Assembly (NCBI GenBank): GCA_021107705.1
Contig: JAIOSJ010000317.1
Coordinates: forward strand, 1 to 53,609
Source of the DNA: Thermoanaerobaculales bacterium
Lineage (GTDB): Bacteria; Acidobacteriota; Thermoanaerobaculia; Thermoanaerobaculales; Sulfomarinibacteraceae
DNA: 53,609 nt
Direction: 5' to 3'
Part shown: positions 1 to 10,104 of the stretch, piece after piece
Position numbering within the stretch: position 1 is the first letter of the stretch
Layout: every line of letters begins with the position of its first letter
The notes under the pieces: model-generated
What the model was told of the DNA's origin: nothing
What the model saw: only the letters and a program-made list of their open reading frames with translations
Databases searched by the model: none
Translations under genes and position numbers: made by a program

Positions 1-50
1 TGTACTTATGGGATTCATGATCGGTAGCGGCCGGCACCAGGAGTTATATT

Positions 51-1313
51 TTGGATCGTGACATCATAACGGTGGCGCTGTGTCTGTTGGGCTCCAGTTT
101 CTTCTCCGCTTCCGAGACTGCGCTTACGTCTCTGCCGATGACGCGCCTCGAGAGCCTCAGAACCAGCACCCGCAGCCTGACCCGGGCGGGGCTTGACCGC
201 TGGGCGGAAGCCCCCCAAAAATTCCTCATTACGATCTTGGTCGGAAATAATTTGGTCAACGTCGTCGCCTCGGCGCTAGCTTCACGAATCGCCTTTCGAA
301 TTACTGGCGAGGGAGGACTGGCGCTCGCTATCGGCGTCATGACCCTTGCAATTCTCGTATTCGGTGAGATCACTCCGAAAACCCTTGCGCAGAATCATGC
401 TGAGTGGATTTCCCTCAAGGTCGTACCGATCCTCTTTATTCTCGATCTTGTTCTGACCCCGGTCAACACCGTCCTGGGCCTGTGTACCCGCCTGCTTTCT
501 CGCAGCGGGAGACCCGAGCTGCCGGTCACCGAACAGGATCTGCTCTTGATGTTGCAACTCGCCCATCGCCATTCTCAGCTGCCGCCCGACGTTCGCTACA
601 TGATCGAATCCGTTCTTCGTTTCCAGCAGACGATCGCACGCGAAATCATGGTTCCCCGGCCGCAGATCATCACTCTTGACCGGAGCTGGAGCCTCGAAGA
701 GACCCTCGATGCGGTCGTGAAGGCAGGCCACAGCCGGTTCCCACTGGTCGATGGTTCACCCGACAACATCCTCGGCCTGATTCACGCCAAGACTCTGCTT
801 GACCACGAACCCCAACGGCATTGGACAGGGCTTGCCGTCCCGGTCCTCTTCATCCCGGAGACAAAGGCGCTGCCGGACCTTCTCCACGAACTCCGTACCA
901 CCGGAAACCACCTGGCCGTGGTTCTTGATGAGTTTGGCGGTTGCGCCGGTATCGTTACCCTCGAGGACGCGATCGAATTGCTGGTCGGTGAGATCAAGGA
1001 CGAATTCGACCGTGATCGCACCGCCGAGATTCTCTCCGTCGATGGAGGTTGGTCGGTTGCCGGTCACCTGTCATTGCGTCGCCTTGAGACGATCCTTCAT
1101 CGAACCCTCCTGCATGTGGAGGAGGTGGACTCCGTGGGGGGACTGGTTGCCAGTCTGAATGAGGAAGAAGTCACTGTCGGCACGGAGATCCTCTGGGAGC
1201 AACTTCGCATCAGAGTTACGGAGGTTCATGACAACAGGCCCATCCGCTTGCTTGTAGAGGAGGATGACGAACACGTTGGGGATCCTAACCTTGAGAAAAA
1301 CTCAAAGAGATAG
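51..1313 (+). CDS. Hemolysin-family/CNNM (DUF21)-CBS-CorC_HlyC transporter-associated protein
   Basis: N-terminal FFSASETAL and ILVGNNLVN, FGEITPK (DUF21); CBS pair (REIMVPR, HSRFP, VLDEFGG..GIVTLED..E.LVGEI.DEFD); CorC-type C-terminus. TTG start. Confidence 0.93.
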   Translation: MDRDIITVALCLLGSSFFSASETALTSLPMTRLESLRTSTRSLTRAGLDRWAEAPQKFLITILVGNNLVNVVASALASRIAFRITGEGGLALAIGVMTLAILVFGEITPKTLAQNHAEWISLKVVPILFILDLVLTPVNTVLGLCTRLLSRSGRPELPVTEQDLLLMLQLAHRHSQLPPDVRYMIESVLRFQQTIAREIMVPRPQIITLDRSWSLEETLDAVVKAGHSRFPLVDGSPDNILGLIHAKTLLDHEPQRHWTGLAVPVLFIPETKALPDLLHELRTTGNHLAVVLDEFGGCAGIVTLEDAIELLVGEIKDEFDRDRTAEILSVDGGWSVAGHLSLRRLETILHRTLLHVEEVDSVGGLVASLNEEEVTVGTEILWEQLRIRVTEVHDNRPIRLLVEEDDEHVGDPNLEKNSKR

Positions 1314-1314
1314 C

Positions 1315-1344
1315 CACAAGAAAGCACAATAAAGTACAGAATGA
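1315..1344. repeat. Degenerate 10-bp tandem repeat (CACAAGAAAG/CACAATAAAG/TACAGAATGA)
   Basis: Three 10-nt units directly after the TAG of the upstream gene; same type as (CACAAAAAGG)x3 at 32354-32383. Confidence 0.6.
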
Positions 1345-1376
1345 AGGCAGGTCTCTTGCAAAGACAACAGAGGACC

Positions 1377-1496
1377 CAGCGCGGCCATTTCTGATCGAGT
1401 CTTCCTGGTCGCCGAGCCGATATAGGGAAGCAGCACGACGTCTTTTCTGTCCAGAAGGTCGGCGTGGACCTTGGGTTCCCACTCAAAAACGTCAAT
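1377..1496 (-). pseudogene. C-terminal fragment of a D-isomer 2-hydroxyacid dehydrogenase (glyoxylate reductase/D-glycerate dehydrogenase type)
   Basis: Translation DVFEWEPKVHADLLDRKDVVLLPYIGSATRKTRSEMA matches the family C-terminal DVFxxEP...VVLLPHIGSATxxTR motif; the catalytic His is Tyr and the rest of the gene is absent. Confidence 0.8.
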
Positions 1497-2242
1497 CAAA
1501 CCCCGTGCAACAGACGGTCTCCGAGAACCGTGGGCAGGCCGGCCCGCACAATCCGACGCCTGGCTCGCTCCACCGGATAAGAAACCCGATAGTGATGGAT
1601 TCTCCGACTCTTGGTGTCAAAGAGACAGTATGCAGCGCGGTAATTTCGGTCTCGCGGCTGCCCAACCGAACCGGGGTTCACCAGATATTTCACACCATCT
1701 TCCAGATCGATGACCTGATTGTCGCCAACCAGCAGACGAACCTCCATGCTACCGTCCTCACGCAGGGCAAAGAGAGAAGCGACGTGCGTGTGACCGAAAA
1801 AGATCACGGGCGTGGACAACACGTCGAAGGCCGGCCGAGCCTCATGGCCGGAGAAAATATATTCATCCTCGTCCACCGGCGATCCATGGCAGATTCCCAC
1901 CACCTCATCGACCATCCGCGGTCCCTCAGGAAGGTCCCTGAGATATCGATGATTGCGGTCATCCAGATGCTCCGCCGTCCAGTGGGCGGCACGCAGGGCA
2001 TGGCGGTTAAAGTAGAGCCCGTCATCGAGCCCGGCGGCGACGCGATCGTGGTTCCCCCGAATAGTGATCGCGGGTGGGCTCAAAGACCTCAGCCAATCCA
2101 AAACCTGATTGGGCGAGGCGCCATATCCCACCGCATCCCCGAGAAACAGCACACGATCATAGCGTTTGCGTCGAATATGATTCAGAATGGCGGAGAGGGC
2201 TTCCCAATTGCCATGAATGTCCGTAAGAATCAGGTAGCGCAC
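1496..2242 (-). CDS. Metallophosphoesterase (calcineurin-like, YfcE/MJ0912 type)
   Basis: DIHGN, GDAVGYG, GNHD, HGSP, GHTH and NPGSVGQPRD motifs. Confidence 0.93.
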   Translation of the reverse strand: MRYLILTDIHGNWEALSAILNHIRRKRYDRVLFLGDAVGYGASPNQVLDWLRSLSPPAITIRGNHDRVAAGLDDGLYFNRHALRAAHWTAEHLDDRNHRYLRDLPEGPRMVDEVVGICHGSPVDEDEYIFSGHEARPAFDVLSTPVIFFGHTHVASLFALREDGSMEVRLLVGDNQVIDLEDGVKYLVNPGSVGQPRDRNYRAAYCLFDTKSRRIHHYRVSYPVERARRRIVRAGLPTVLGDRLLHGV

Positions 2243-2772
2243 GCCACCTCCCGTATTTGGTCCATGACACGATCGGTCGCTTCTTCCACGCTCTCCTGCC
2301 CGGAAAGAAACACCGTGATGTCGGCCTGTCGGTAAGTTCCGACACGAGTCTCATAAAGAGTCCGAGCCTGAGGGAGATCTCGAAAGAGCGGTCGCTGACG
2401 GGTCTTCGTCCCTTGAAGTCGCCGAGCAAGTACATCCCACGCGACATCTAGGAATACCGTCAGACCTCCACGTCCTTCAATGACCTTGCGGTTTGTCGCA
2501 TCCATAAAGAGCCCGCCCCCGCCGGCAAATACTCCCGCTCCTCGACCGGCCAACTCGCTGAAGGTCTCGCGTTCAAGCTCGCGAAAGCCCTTTTCCCCTC
2601 GGGTCAGGAAGATCTTGTGTATCGACATCCCCTCCCGGCTTTCTATGGTCAGGTCCACGTCATAGAAATACGTGTTGAGCCGCTCGGCCAATCCGACGCC
2701 AACCGCGCTTTTTCCGCAACCCATAAAACCTATGAGAAAAACCCCGCCCATCTGGGAATTGTAGACCATCAC
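2230..2772 (-). CDS. aroK: Shikimate kinase
   Basis: GFMGCGKS Walker A, GEKGFRELE, GGG and RPL motifs; the true start may be the ATG at 2751. Confidence 0.92.
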   Translation of the reverse strand: MMVYNSQMGGVFLIGFMGCGKSAVGVGLAERLNTYFYDVDLTIESREGMSIHKIFLTRGEKGFRELERETFSELAGRGAGVFAGGGGLFMDATNRKVIEGRGGLTVFLDVAWDVLARRLQGTKTRQRPLFRDLPQARTLYETRVGTYRQADITVFLSGQESVEEATDRVMDQIREVACAT

Positions 2773-2804
2773 AGATTTTCGCTGAAGGCCCGGCCGGACC
2801 TCGC

Positions 2805-4151
2805 TCAGGCACCTACTAAGAACCGTTCCATAAAATGAGTGTCAATCCTACCCGCCGTGAAATCTGGGTCGTCCAGAATTCGCAGGTGGAGGGGAATCGA
2901 AGTCTTGATCCCGTCCACCCTCATGCTCTCCAGGGCACGGCGGCTACGAATCAATGCCTCCTCACGGTCCCGTCCGTAAACGAGCACCTTAGCCAAGAGG
3001 CTGTCGTAAAAGGGCGGCACCCGATAACCCGCGTAGATGTGCGTATCAACCCGAACTCCCGGCCCCCCCGGCAGGACGAGGCCCTCAATGAGACCGGGCG
3101 AGGGGGCGAAGGTCTCCGGATCTTCGGCATTGACTCGGAATTCGAAAACATGACCTTGGGGTCGGATCTGACGCCTCTTGGAAAGCGACATCGGTTCCCC
3201 GAACCCAATTCTCAACTGCTCCTTGACCAGATCGATCCCGGTCACCATTTCGGTCACCGGATGCTCCACTTGAATTCTAGTATTCATCTCCATGAAGGTG
3301 AACGACCCGTCTCCGTTCAGGAGAAATTCGATCGTTCCGGCGTTCAGATATTTGGCCGCACGGGTCGCCAAAAGGGCAGCTCGACCCATCTCAGCCCTTA
3401 AGTCGGAATTCAGAGCTGGAGACGGGCTCTCCTCAATCAGTTTCTGATGCCGTCTCTGAATGGAGCATTCCCGCTCTCCGAGTTGGACAACCCGCCCCGA
3501 GGAATCGGCCAGGACCTGGAATTCGATATGGCGGGGATTGACCAGGTATTTCTCCATGTAGAGGCTTGAGTCGCCAAAGGCATTCTCGGCCTCGTTCCGG
3601 GCGGTATCGAAGGCATTGGCCAGCTGATCCTCGGCCAACGCAAGCCTCATTCCTCGCCCGCCACCACCTGATGAGGCCTTCAGAATGACCGGGTATCCTA
3701 TGGCCTTTGCCAAGTTGAGAGCCTCGTTCTTGCTTTTCAAGGGCCCGTCGGAACCCGGCAAAACCGGCACCTCGGCCTCAACCATCGTCGTGCGGGCCTG
3801 AGATTTGTTGCCCATCAAACGAATGGCCTTAGGGGAGGGACCGATGAAAACCATGCCGCAGTCACGCACGATCTCGGCAAAGTGGGCGTTCTCCGCAAGA
3901 AAACCGTACCCTGGATGAATGGCGTCGGACCCGGTAATCTCAGCGGCGGCAATCACGCCGGAAACGTTGAGATAACTGTCTGCCGGATACGGGCCACCGA
4001 TACACACTGACTGGTCTGCCAACCGAACATGCAGACAATCGCGATCCGCATCGGAGTGGACTGCCACCGTCGAAATTCCGAGTTCACGGCAGGCGGCGAT
4101 GATGCGCACGGCAATTTCGCCGCGATTGGCGATGAGAACTTTAGAAAACAT
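2805..4151 (-). CDS. accC: Acetyl-CoA carboxylase biotin carboxylase subunit
   Basis: [55 protein letters not shown]. Confidence 0.98.
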   Translation of the reverse strand: MFSKVLIANRGEIAVRIIAACRELGISTVAVHSDADRDCLHVRLADQSVCIGGPYPADSYLNVSGVIAAAEITGSDAIHPGYGFLAENAHFAEIVRDCGMVFIGPSPKAIRLMGNKSQARTTMVEAEVPVLPGSDGPLKSKNEALNLAKAIGYPVILKASSGGGGRGMRLALAEDQLANAFDTARNEAENAFGDSSLYMEKYLVNPRHIEFQVLADSSGRVVQLGERECSIQRRHQKLIEESPSPALNSDLRAEMGRAALLATRAAKYLNAGTIEFLLNGDGSFTFMEMNTRIQVEHPVTEMVTGIDLVKEQLRIGFGEPMSLSKRRQIRPQGHVFEFRVNAEDPETFAPSPGLIEGLVLPGGPGVRVDTHIYAGYRVPPFYDSLLAKVLVYGRDREEALIRSRRALESMRVDGIKTSIPLHLRILDDPDFTAGRIDTHFMERFLVGA

Positions 4152-4211
4152 GATCGGCTCCGCTTGCGGCCCAGAGGCTCGTCGAGAAGATCTCAGGGGA
4201 AGACAAAGTCG

Positions 4212-4688
4212 TCACACCGGACGAATCGAAAACAGTGGTTGCCCGTATTCGACGGGCTCCGCGTTTTCCGGGAAGACCTTGACGATGGTCCCGTCCACCT
4301 CAGACTGGATCTCATTCATCAGTTTCATCGCTTCGACGATGCACAAAACCTGGCCCTCTCGAACCAGGTCACCAACCCTGACGTAGGGGTCGGCATCAGG
4401 GTTCGGAGCGCGATAGAAGGTCCCAACGATTGGTGACGGCAGGACCTGAAGACCATCTTCAACCTCCGGAACGGCCGCAGCCGCTCCCCCAATAGCCTGG
4501 GCATCGGGCTCCGCCATCGCTGCAACGGCGATAGCCTGATGATCGGTCGAAGCAGGAACCGAGATCACCTGCGCCTGCGGGCGACCTTCAATCTGGACAC
4601 GCCCACCAGCGTGTTCAATCTCCACCCGGGCCACCCCGGATGAACCGACCAGCTGGATCAGTTCACAGATCTCTTCAAATTTCAGCAT
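4212..4688 (-). CDS. accB: Biotin carboxyl carrier protein
   Basis: SPIVGTFY and EAMKLMNE biotinylation motif; upstream of accC. Confidence 0.98.
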   Translation of the reverse strand: MLKFEEICELIQLVGSSGVARVEIEHAGGRVQIEGRPQAQVISVPASTDHQAIAVAAMAEPDAQAIGGAAAAVPEVEDGLQVLPSPIVGTFYRAPNPDADPYVRVGDLVREGQVLCIVEAMKLMNEIQSEVDGTIVKVFPENAEPVEYGQPLFSIRPV

Positions 4689-4716
4689 GTTTCACCCTAT
4701 TCATCTTAGGTATTTA

Positions 4717-5070
4717 TCAGACGAACTCGGAATACAAACGTTCGCCGGTGAGGCGACTTTGGAAGCAGGCCTTCCCGGTTACGGCATCACAATCCAACAA
4801 GAGAACGAGGAAATAGCCACCGGACATCGTCGTCAGGACGATCTGTGCCTTCTCCGTCGTCACCGAAAACTGCCGCATTGCACCATGATCCAATTCCCTG
4901 CCGGCAGCATTGATCTCTCCGATCATTGCCGCCAACTCAGCACCCAAGGTTTCCAACTCCGGCGTGAAGGGATAAACAACGACTGGGATGCCGTCAGGAT
5001 CCACAATCGCAGCAACCGTCGCGCCGGGGCAACACTCCAACAAGTCTCTGACGGAATCGTCAAAATTCAC
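4717..5070 (-). CDS. Roadblock/LC7-domain protein (MglB/MglC-like)
   Basis: 117 aa with the AAIVDPDGIPV roadblock signature; located between the pil cluster and accB. Confidence 0.8.
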   Translation of the reverse strand: MNFDDSVRDLLECCPGATVAAIVDPDGIPVVVYPFTPELETLGAELAAMIGEINAAGRELDHGAMRQFSVTTEKAQIVLTTMSGGYFLVLLLDCDAVTGKACFQSRLTGERLYSEFV

Positions 5071-6346
5071 GGCGACCTCCGTTCCGAGGCCAGTCTAACG
5101 GCTTCCATCCAACTCCGCAATCGAGCGATCCTTGCGGTGGATCCAGCAGAGAAGGAAACCCCCTCTGTTTCACTTTCAGGCTCATCCGAAGCCTGAGGAA
5201 GAATATCGGCGCTGCTTACGAGAGCGGCCAGGAGGCTGCGCGCCTCATTGTCACGCGGATTCTTTTCGAGAAGGGCCATCAACATCTTCTCAGCCATCGC
5301 CATTTCACCCTGATCGATGGCGAGACGAGCTAATGTCACGGTGGGTAGAGGCTCGATCTCATCCATGGCGCCTTGATCGGGGGCCTCGCCCGATACATCA
5401 TCACCGTCGCCCAAAGGTGGCGCCTCAAGCCCACCCAACACCATGACTCCTTGGTCCGGCCCTCCGCCTCGGCAACAACTTCCGGAAGATCCTCTTCTTC
5501 CCGGCTTGGCACGACATCGATTTCTTCGGCAGGAAAATCTTCGATGGGCAGCTCGGCAGGTAAAGGCTCCTCGGTCGATCCCTCGGTTGCTACTTCCTCC
5601 ACTACCCTCAGAACCGATTCCATAATCTCGTCTGAGGGGGAATCCAAAACGGACTCTGACGGCTCCTGAACCGGTGACGGCGCGAAGACGTCCTCGCCCA
5701 GCTCAAACACGCCGGTGTTACCGCTCGGGGTCACAGCGAAGGGATCGTCGTCGGAAAGAGCAAAAACCTCACGCGAGAACACAGCCGAGAAATCGGCCGG
5801 TTCGGAACCAGCTTGGTCGGCAAAAAAAGATCCTGATTCCGGGACATCGAAAACCTGGGTGATCTCGTCGCTCGCCGTTAACTCTGCTCCTACCATTACG
5901 GAGTCCACGGACGGTGCCACGGGCTCGGCTTCATCGGGTTCCCCGACCAGGCGGAGTTCCATCTGAGAGATCTTGAAATCAAGATCGGGATCTCGCGGAG
6001 AGAGAGCGCGCGCCAACTTGAATGCCTTGACGGCCCGGACCCAGTCGCGCTCGATCTCCGCAGTCTCACCGATCAGACGAGCAGCGACGGCGTTTTCCGG
6101 ATCCAATTCCAGGGCGTGAGCGAAGGACTGTTCGGCCTTACCGTACTCGGCGGTCGCCATTCGGACCCGACCGAGGGAGACCCAAGCCGCTACATAGCGG
6201 GGATGATGTTCCAACCCGGCTTGAAGAACGCCCTCCGCACCAGCCAGATCATTCTCCTTCCGGAGAAGCTCACCGAGCTGAAAGAAACGCCTCGAACCGG
6301 GCTCTTCCCGGAGCAGCGTACGGAGTTCGTCGATGCGTGGGTCCAT
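5067..6346 (-). pseudogene. TPR protein with acidic linker, split by an apparent 1-nt frameshift near 5460-5462
   Basis: ORF 5336-6346 carries the N-terminal TPRs and acidic linker; ORF 5067-5444 carries the C-terminal PTVTLARLAIDQG TPR-like motif. Adding one G to the GGG run joins them (EAEG-PDQGVM, echoing downstream GEA-PDQGAM). May be a sequencing error. Confidence 0.75.
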
Positions 6347-6353
6347 GCTGAAT

Positions 6354-6393
6354 AATTGACGCGACCGGTTCTCGAGAACCGGCCGCGTGAATT
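6354..6393. other. 40-bp near-perfect palindrome (stem-loop) in the intergenic gap
   Basis: AATTGACGCGACCGGTTCTC / GAGAACCGGCCGCGTGAATT; arms 18/20 complementary. Confidence 0.7.
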
Positions 6394-6395
6394 AA

Positions 6396-9300
6396 CTATG
6401 GTTGTTCCTGGCCTTGAAGGTTGATCAGTACCGGTGTGTTGGCGATGTCATTTGAATTGATGGTCAACAGACCGGTCTGTAGGCCTCCATCATCAACCGT
6501 TGGGCAGAACTGCAGCTCGATAATCGCGTTCTGGGCCGGGGAGATGACCGTCGGCAGCGGCGCCGTCACGATGCTGAACGGCGCATCCGCCACGATGCTT
6601 CCGAGTTCAAGATCCGCATCACCATTGTTCGAAATCGTCAATGACTGGTTGGGAGAACAATTCCCGGCTGCAGTGAGCGGGAAGGTCCAGGTGTCACCGT
6701 GCCCGAATGGCGCAGTCTGGATCAGCGGCTCCTGTAACTCGATACCAAAAAGCGACACGGTCGTCGGGCTGTTCGGGTCGTTGCTCACGAAAACTGCCTC
6801 ACCGTTGTAGATCTGGTTTTCTATATCTGGGCAGAAATGAACCACGAGCGAAGTGTCCGTACCGAATGAGGGAACCGTCATGGCGCCACTCACTTGGCTC
6901 GATGCCCCCGCGTCAAAGAAGAACCGTCCCAGCAAGGTGACGGATTGTACTTCGAGGGTCCCCTGGCCAAGATTCTGTACCAGCATGACTTGACCTGCGG
7001 AACAGGTTCCGGCAGGCGTGTCAGGGAAGACCGGTGGCACAACATTGATGGAAGGCGCCACCACACAGGTCGGATCCTCCGGCTCGTAGACCAATCCTCC
7101 GGGAAGGGTTTCCCTACATTCGCCCGGCAAATTGATGACGGTGACATCGACTAGTGTCGGGGTCTCGCGAATCCCGGTAAGCCCATCGTCGGTCACGCAG
7201 GAAGAGGTATCCCACACCAGACCGAAATCGTTCGGCGCTGGAATCTGGCTCACTTCAATTGTCCCGGAGTCGATCACGGTAACAAAATCCGATGCAATTC
7301 GGAAGTTGTTAATCTCTACAAGGAGTTCAGGATTAAAGAACTCACCCCGAATGACAATATCGTCTGGACTGACGCTGTCTCCATCGTCCCCTTCCTGTAC
7401 GAAGATGGGCTCAACGCCGTATATGAAGGGATTGCTTCCCAGATAGGTAAAGGTGCCACCTTCCGCGACAGCCTGACTCTCCACATCGGTCATTCTGAAG
7501 AAGCCGTCGATATTGGTGCAGCTAATTGGAGCGTCGACCGGGAAGCGAACCAGGAGTTCGGTACCGGAGACCGTCACGACCTCAAGCCGGATCGAGCCAA
7601 GCCCACCACCGCCCGCGGTTCCCGGTACGAAATCAACCATGAGCGGATCTTCGAAGCCCGAGCCATAGATGATGATCTGGGTTCCGGCACCGCCCTCGAC
7701 CGGTGTGTTTCCGGTGATGAAGAGGTTGTCTCCGTAGGTGAAGGTCACCGAATTGGAAACCTTGCCCGACAACACGTTACGGACCACGACATCGACGGCC
7801 AACGGCGGGGTTGCCCCCTGCTGGCTGTAGTCGGGCGTGACGCAGATGATGGTGTCCTGGTCTTCCAGACTCTGGTCGTCGTTGACCTCGACATTGATGG
7901 CCTCGAGAACGCCAAAGGTCACCTGGGCCGGGGCCTGGAATCCGCTACCGAATATGGTCACCTGGCTACCGCCGTCAATCGGACCGGCGATCGGCGCCAG
8001 GGCCGTGATTGAAGGTGTCGGTTCGTCGGCGAGGACGATGAAGGCGTTGGCCCGGGAAATGTCGAACTGGTTGTTTCCGAGGGCATCGCCGCCGTTCGAA
8101 TCCGAATGATAGGTGCGAATACTGATTGTGACGCTCTGGTCGTCCGGCAGAGGCGTGATACTGAAGCGCGGCGTCATGACCTGAATCTGGGTTCCGTCAA
8201 CCGAGACCGATTGCACCACACCTTCTACATCGCCGAATTTGACGAACTCGACCGCCGGCGCGGTATCGAGAACCGTCACGCCGTCCGTGCCGATCAATTG
8301 AGCACGGAAATCGCGCCCCAGAATCGTTATGGTTTCTCCTCCCGAAGAGGCGCCGTAATCCGGCAGAGCCAGGTAGAAGCTCGGCGCCAGCAACTTCCAG
8401 ATCGGTTCCGGCGGAACATCTGGAGGCAGGAAGGTAAAGGCCGAAGGCACCGTCGTCACCTGGGCGTTGGCGGTGTCTGCGGCAACGGTGACTGTGAGGT
8501 CAATCGTGACCCCTATGGGCTGGTTATTGCCATCCACCGGACGCAGGCCCGGTGGGATATGGGGAGTTTCTACGACAATGGAACCATCACCGGAGGTCGG
8601 CAGGCTTTCGGTGACGCTCTGGGTTATTCCTTCGAAAGCCTGTCCGCCGAGATTGAACACAACCACCGCCTGGGCCTTGATCGCGCGCCCGGTCAAGGTG
8701 ATGAGTTCACCGCCCTCAAAACTTCCGGAATTCGGGTCGACCGGCTGGTAAATCAGGAATTCAGCCTCAGCCAGGTAGGTGAAGGCCTCCGGCAACTGTG
8801 CCTGCTGCTGGCCGGCAGTATCGACGCCACCACGAAGGACGAGGGTTGCCTCGTGGCTAACAGTGAAATCGACATCGGTGACATGTGGGGTGCGAATTGT
8901 GACTGAACCGGCGGCCGAAAGCGGGTTGCTTTCTTCCACCGAGTCGACCACTGCGGGGAACGTCGTTCCGTTGACTATGAAATCAACCTCGACCGGCGCG
9001 ATCAGGCCCTTGGCGCTGATCAGCACCTGTTCACCGCCATCATAGGCGCCTCGATTTGGCAGGAGGGGAGGCACGATCTGCAAGGCGTCGGATTGATCCC
9101 GTTCCTTGTATTGAACCGCGGTTTGCCGGCTCGCAGTGTTGACCTTGGCCTGAACGACATAGGCCCCTGCGGTCTGCGCCACCAGGCTCGTGCTGACCTG
9201 GCCGCCCGAGGTCGCCAGTCGATAGGAGTAATTTCCAACGGTTCCCAGGCCGTACACAGCATCGTCGGAAGGACCACCGACAATGATATCGACCGTCGTC

Positions 9301-9515
9301 CCATCCGGTGCAGCACTCCCATCCTTGGTCACGCTGGCCGTAATCTGGACCACGGACCCCACAAAGGGATTTGGGTCGGACGCATTAAGCGCCGTGATCG
9401 ACCACGTCGCCGGCGTCACACCCGAACCCGGATCCTGTGGCCGGGAACTATCGCCCGAACAGCCTGCGGCCATCACGACCGCCAAGATTGCAATTCCGCT
9501 GAGGAACTTATTCAT
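6396..9515 (-). CDS. Large lipoprotein with multiple IPT/TIG Ig-like domains and two C-terminal ASH/choice-of-anchor-D-like domains
   Basis: Lipobox MAAGC; repeated P..G...GGE.ITI.G..F units; C-terminal LTISNNGDADL...FCP...G.L.I.SND units. Confidence 0.85.
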   Translation of the reverse strand: MNKFLSGIAILAVVMAAGCSGDSSRPQDPGSGVTPATWSITALNASDPNPFVGSVVQITASVTKDGSAAPDGTTVDIIVGGPSDDAVYGLGTVGNYSYRLATSGGQVSTSLVAQTAGAYVVQAKVNTASRQTAVQYKERDQSDALQIVPPLLPNRGAYDGGEQVLISAKGLIAPVEVDFIVNGTTFPAVVDSVEESNPLSAAGSVTIRTPHVTDVDFTVSHEATLVLRGGVDTAGQQQAQLPEAFTYLAEAEFLIYQPVDPNSGSFEGGELITLTGRAIKAQAVVVFNLGGQAFEGITQSVTESLPTSGDGSIVVETPHIPPGLRPVDGNNQPIGVTIDLTVTVAADTANAQVTTVPSAFTFLPPDVPPEPIWKLLAPSFYLALPDYGASSGGETITILGRDFRAQLIGTDGVTVLDTAPAVEFVKFGDVEGVVQSVSVDGTQIQVMTPRFSITPLPDDQSVTISIRTYHSDSNGGDALGNNQFDISRANAFIVLADEPTPSITALAPIAGPIDGGSQVTIFGSGFQAPAQVTFGVLEAINVEVNDDQSLEDQDTIICVTPDYSQQGATPPLAVDVVVRNVLSGKVSNSVTFTYGDNLFITGNTPVEGGAGTQIIIYGSGFEDPLMVDFVPGTAGGGGLGSIRLEVVTVSGTELLVRFPVDAPISCTNIDGFFRMTDVESQAVAEGGTFTYLGSNPFIYGVEPIFVQEGDDGDSVSPDDIVIRGEFFNPELLVEINNFRIASDFVTVIDSGTIEVSQIPAPNDFGLVWDTSSCVTDDGLTGIRETPTLVDVTVINLPGECRETLPGGLVYEPEDPTCVVAPSINVVPPVFPDTPAGTCSAGQVMLVQNLGQGTLEVQSVTLLGRFFFDAGASSQVSGAMTVPSFGTDTSLVVHFCPDIENQIYNGEAVFVSNDPNSPTTVSLFGIELQEPLIQTAPFGHGDTWTFPLTAAGNCSPNQSLTISNNGDADLELGSIVADAPFSIVTAPLPTVISPAQNAIIELQFCPTVDDGGLQTGLLTINSNDIANTPVLINLQGQEQP

Positions 9516-9531
9516 GGCTCACAACCCCCGA

Positions 9532-10092
9532 TCAGTTACAGGAGAACCGGAATTCGACCGAGGTCGGCTCCGTGGCAACGGTCTTGCCCGAAACGGTCCG
9601 TCCGTAGATCACCAAACGCAAACTTTCTCGAATGATGGCATTGCCCGTTTCGGGATCGACACCACCATTCTCCGGAAAGAGATAATTAAAGGGAGGATCA
9701 TCGAGGAATTCCACCGGATAGACCCGGTAATTCTCTAGAATCGTCAACCCGCCCGCCTCGACGAATACACCGACATTGGTCTGCCAGCTCGGAGAAACAG
9801 TGGTCCCACCATCGATTCTGGAGGGAGTAATCTCCCAGGTTCGTAGATTTACGTCCTGATTTGACGATAAATTGGTTCCGGGACTCTTGGGTTTGCTCTC
9901 GATTTCCATCTTCACGATGGTCAGGTCGGCACCGCTGTTGGCGGTGCATACGTTGACCTCGGGGTTGTGTTCCTTCACCTCGACGGTGAGAAAGACAACT
10001 GCTTCGGTATTGTCCAATGACGATGAGCCACCGCAACCGGCGGAGAGTACCAGGAGACCGGCGAGGGCGCCGAGTGTGAGCAGGCGATGCAT
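9532..10092 (-). CDS. Hypothetical lipoprotein
   Basis: Lipobox LSAGC, strong RBS (GGAGGAG), beta-rich, directly downstream of pilQ. Confidence 0.8.
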   Translation of the reverse strand: MHRLLTLGALAGLLVLSAGCGGSSSLDNTEAVVFLTVEVKEHNPEVNVCTANSGADLTIVKMEIESKPKSPGTNLSSNQDVNLRTWEITPSRIDGGTTVSPSWQTNVGVFVEAGGLTILENYRVYPVEFLDDPPFNYLFPENGGVDPETGNAIIRESLRLVIYGRTVSGKTVATEPTSVEFRFSCN

Positions 10093-10104
10093 GCTTCTCC
10101 TCCC

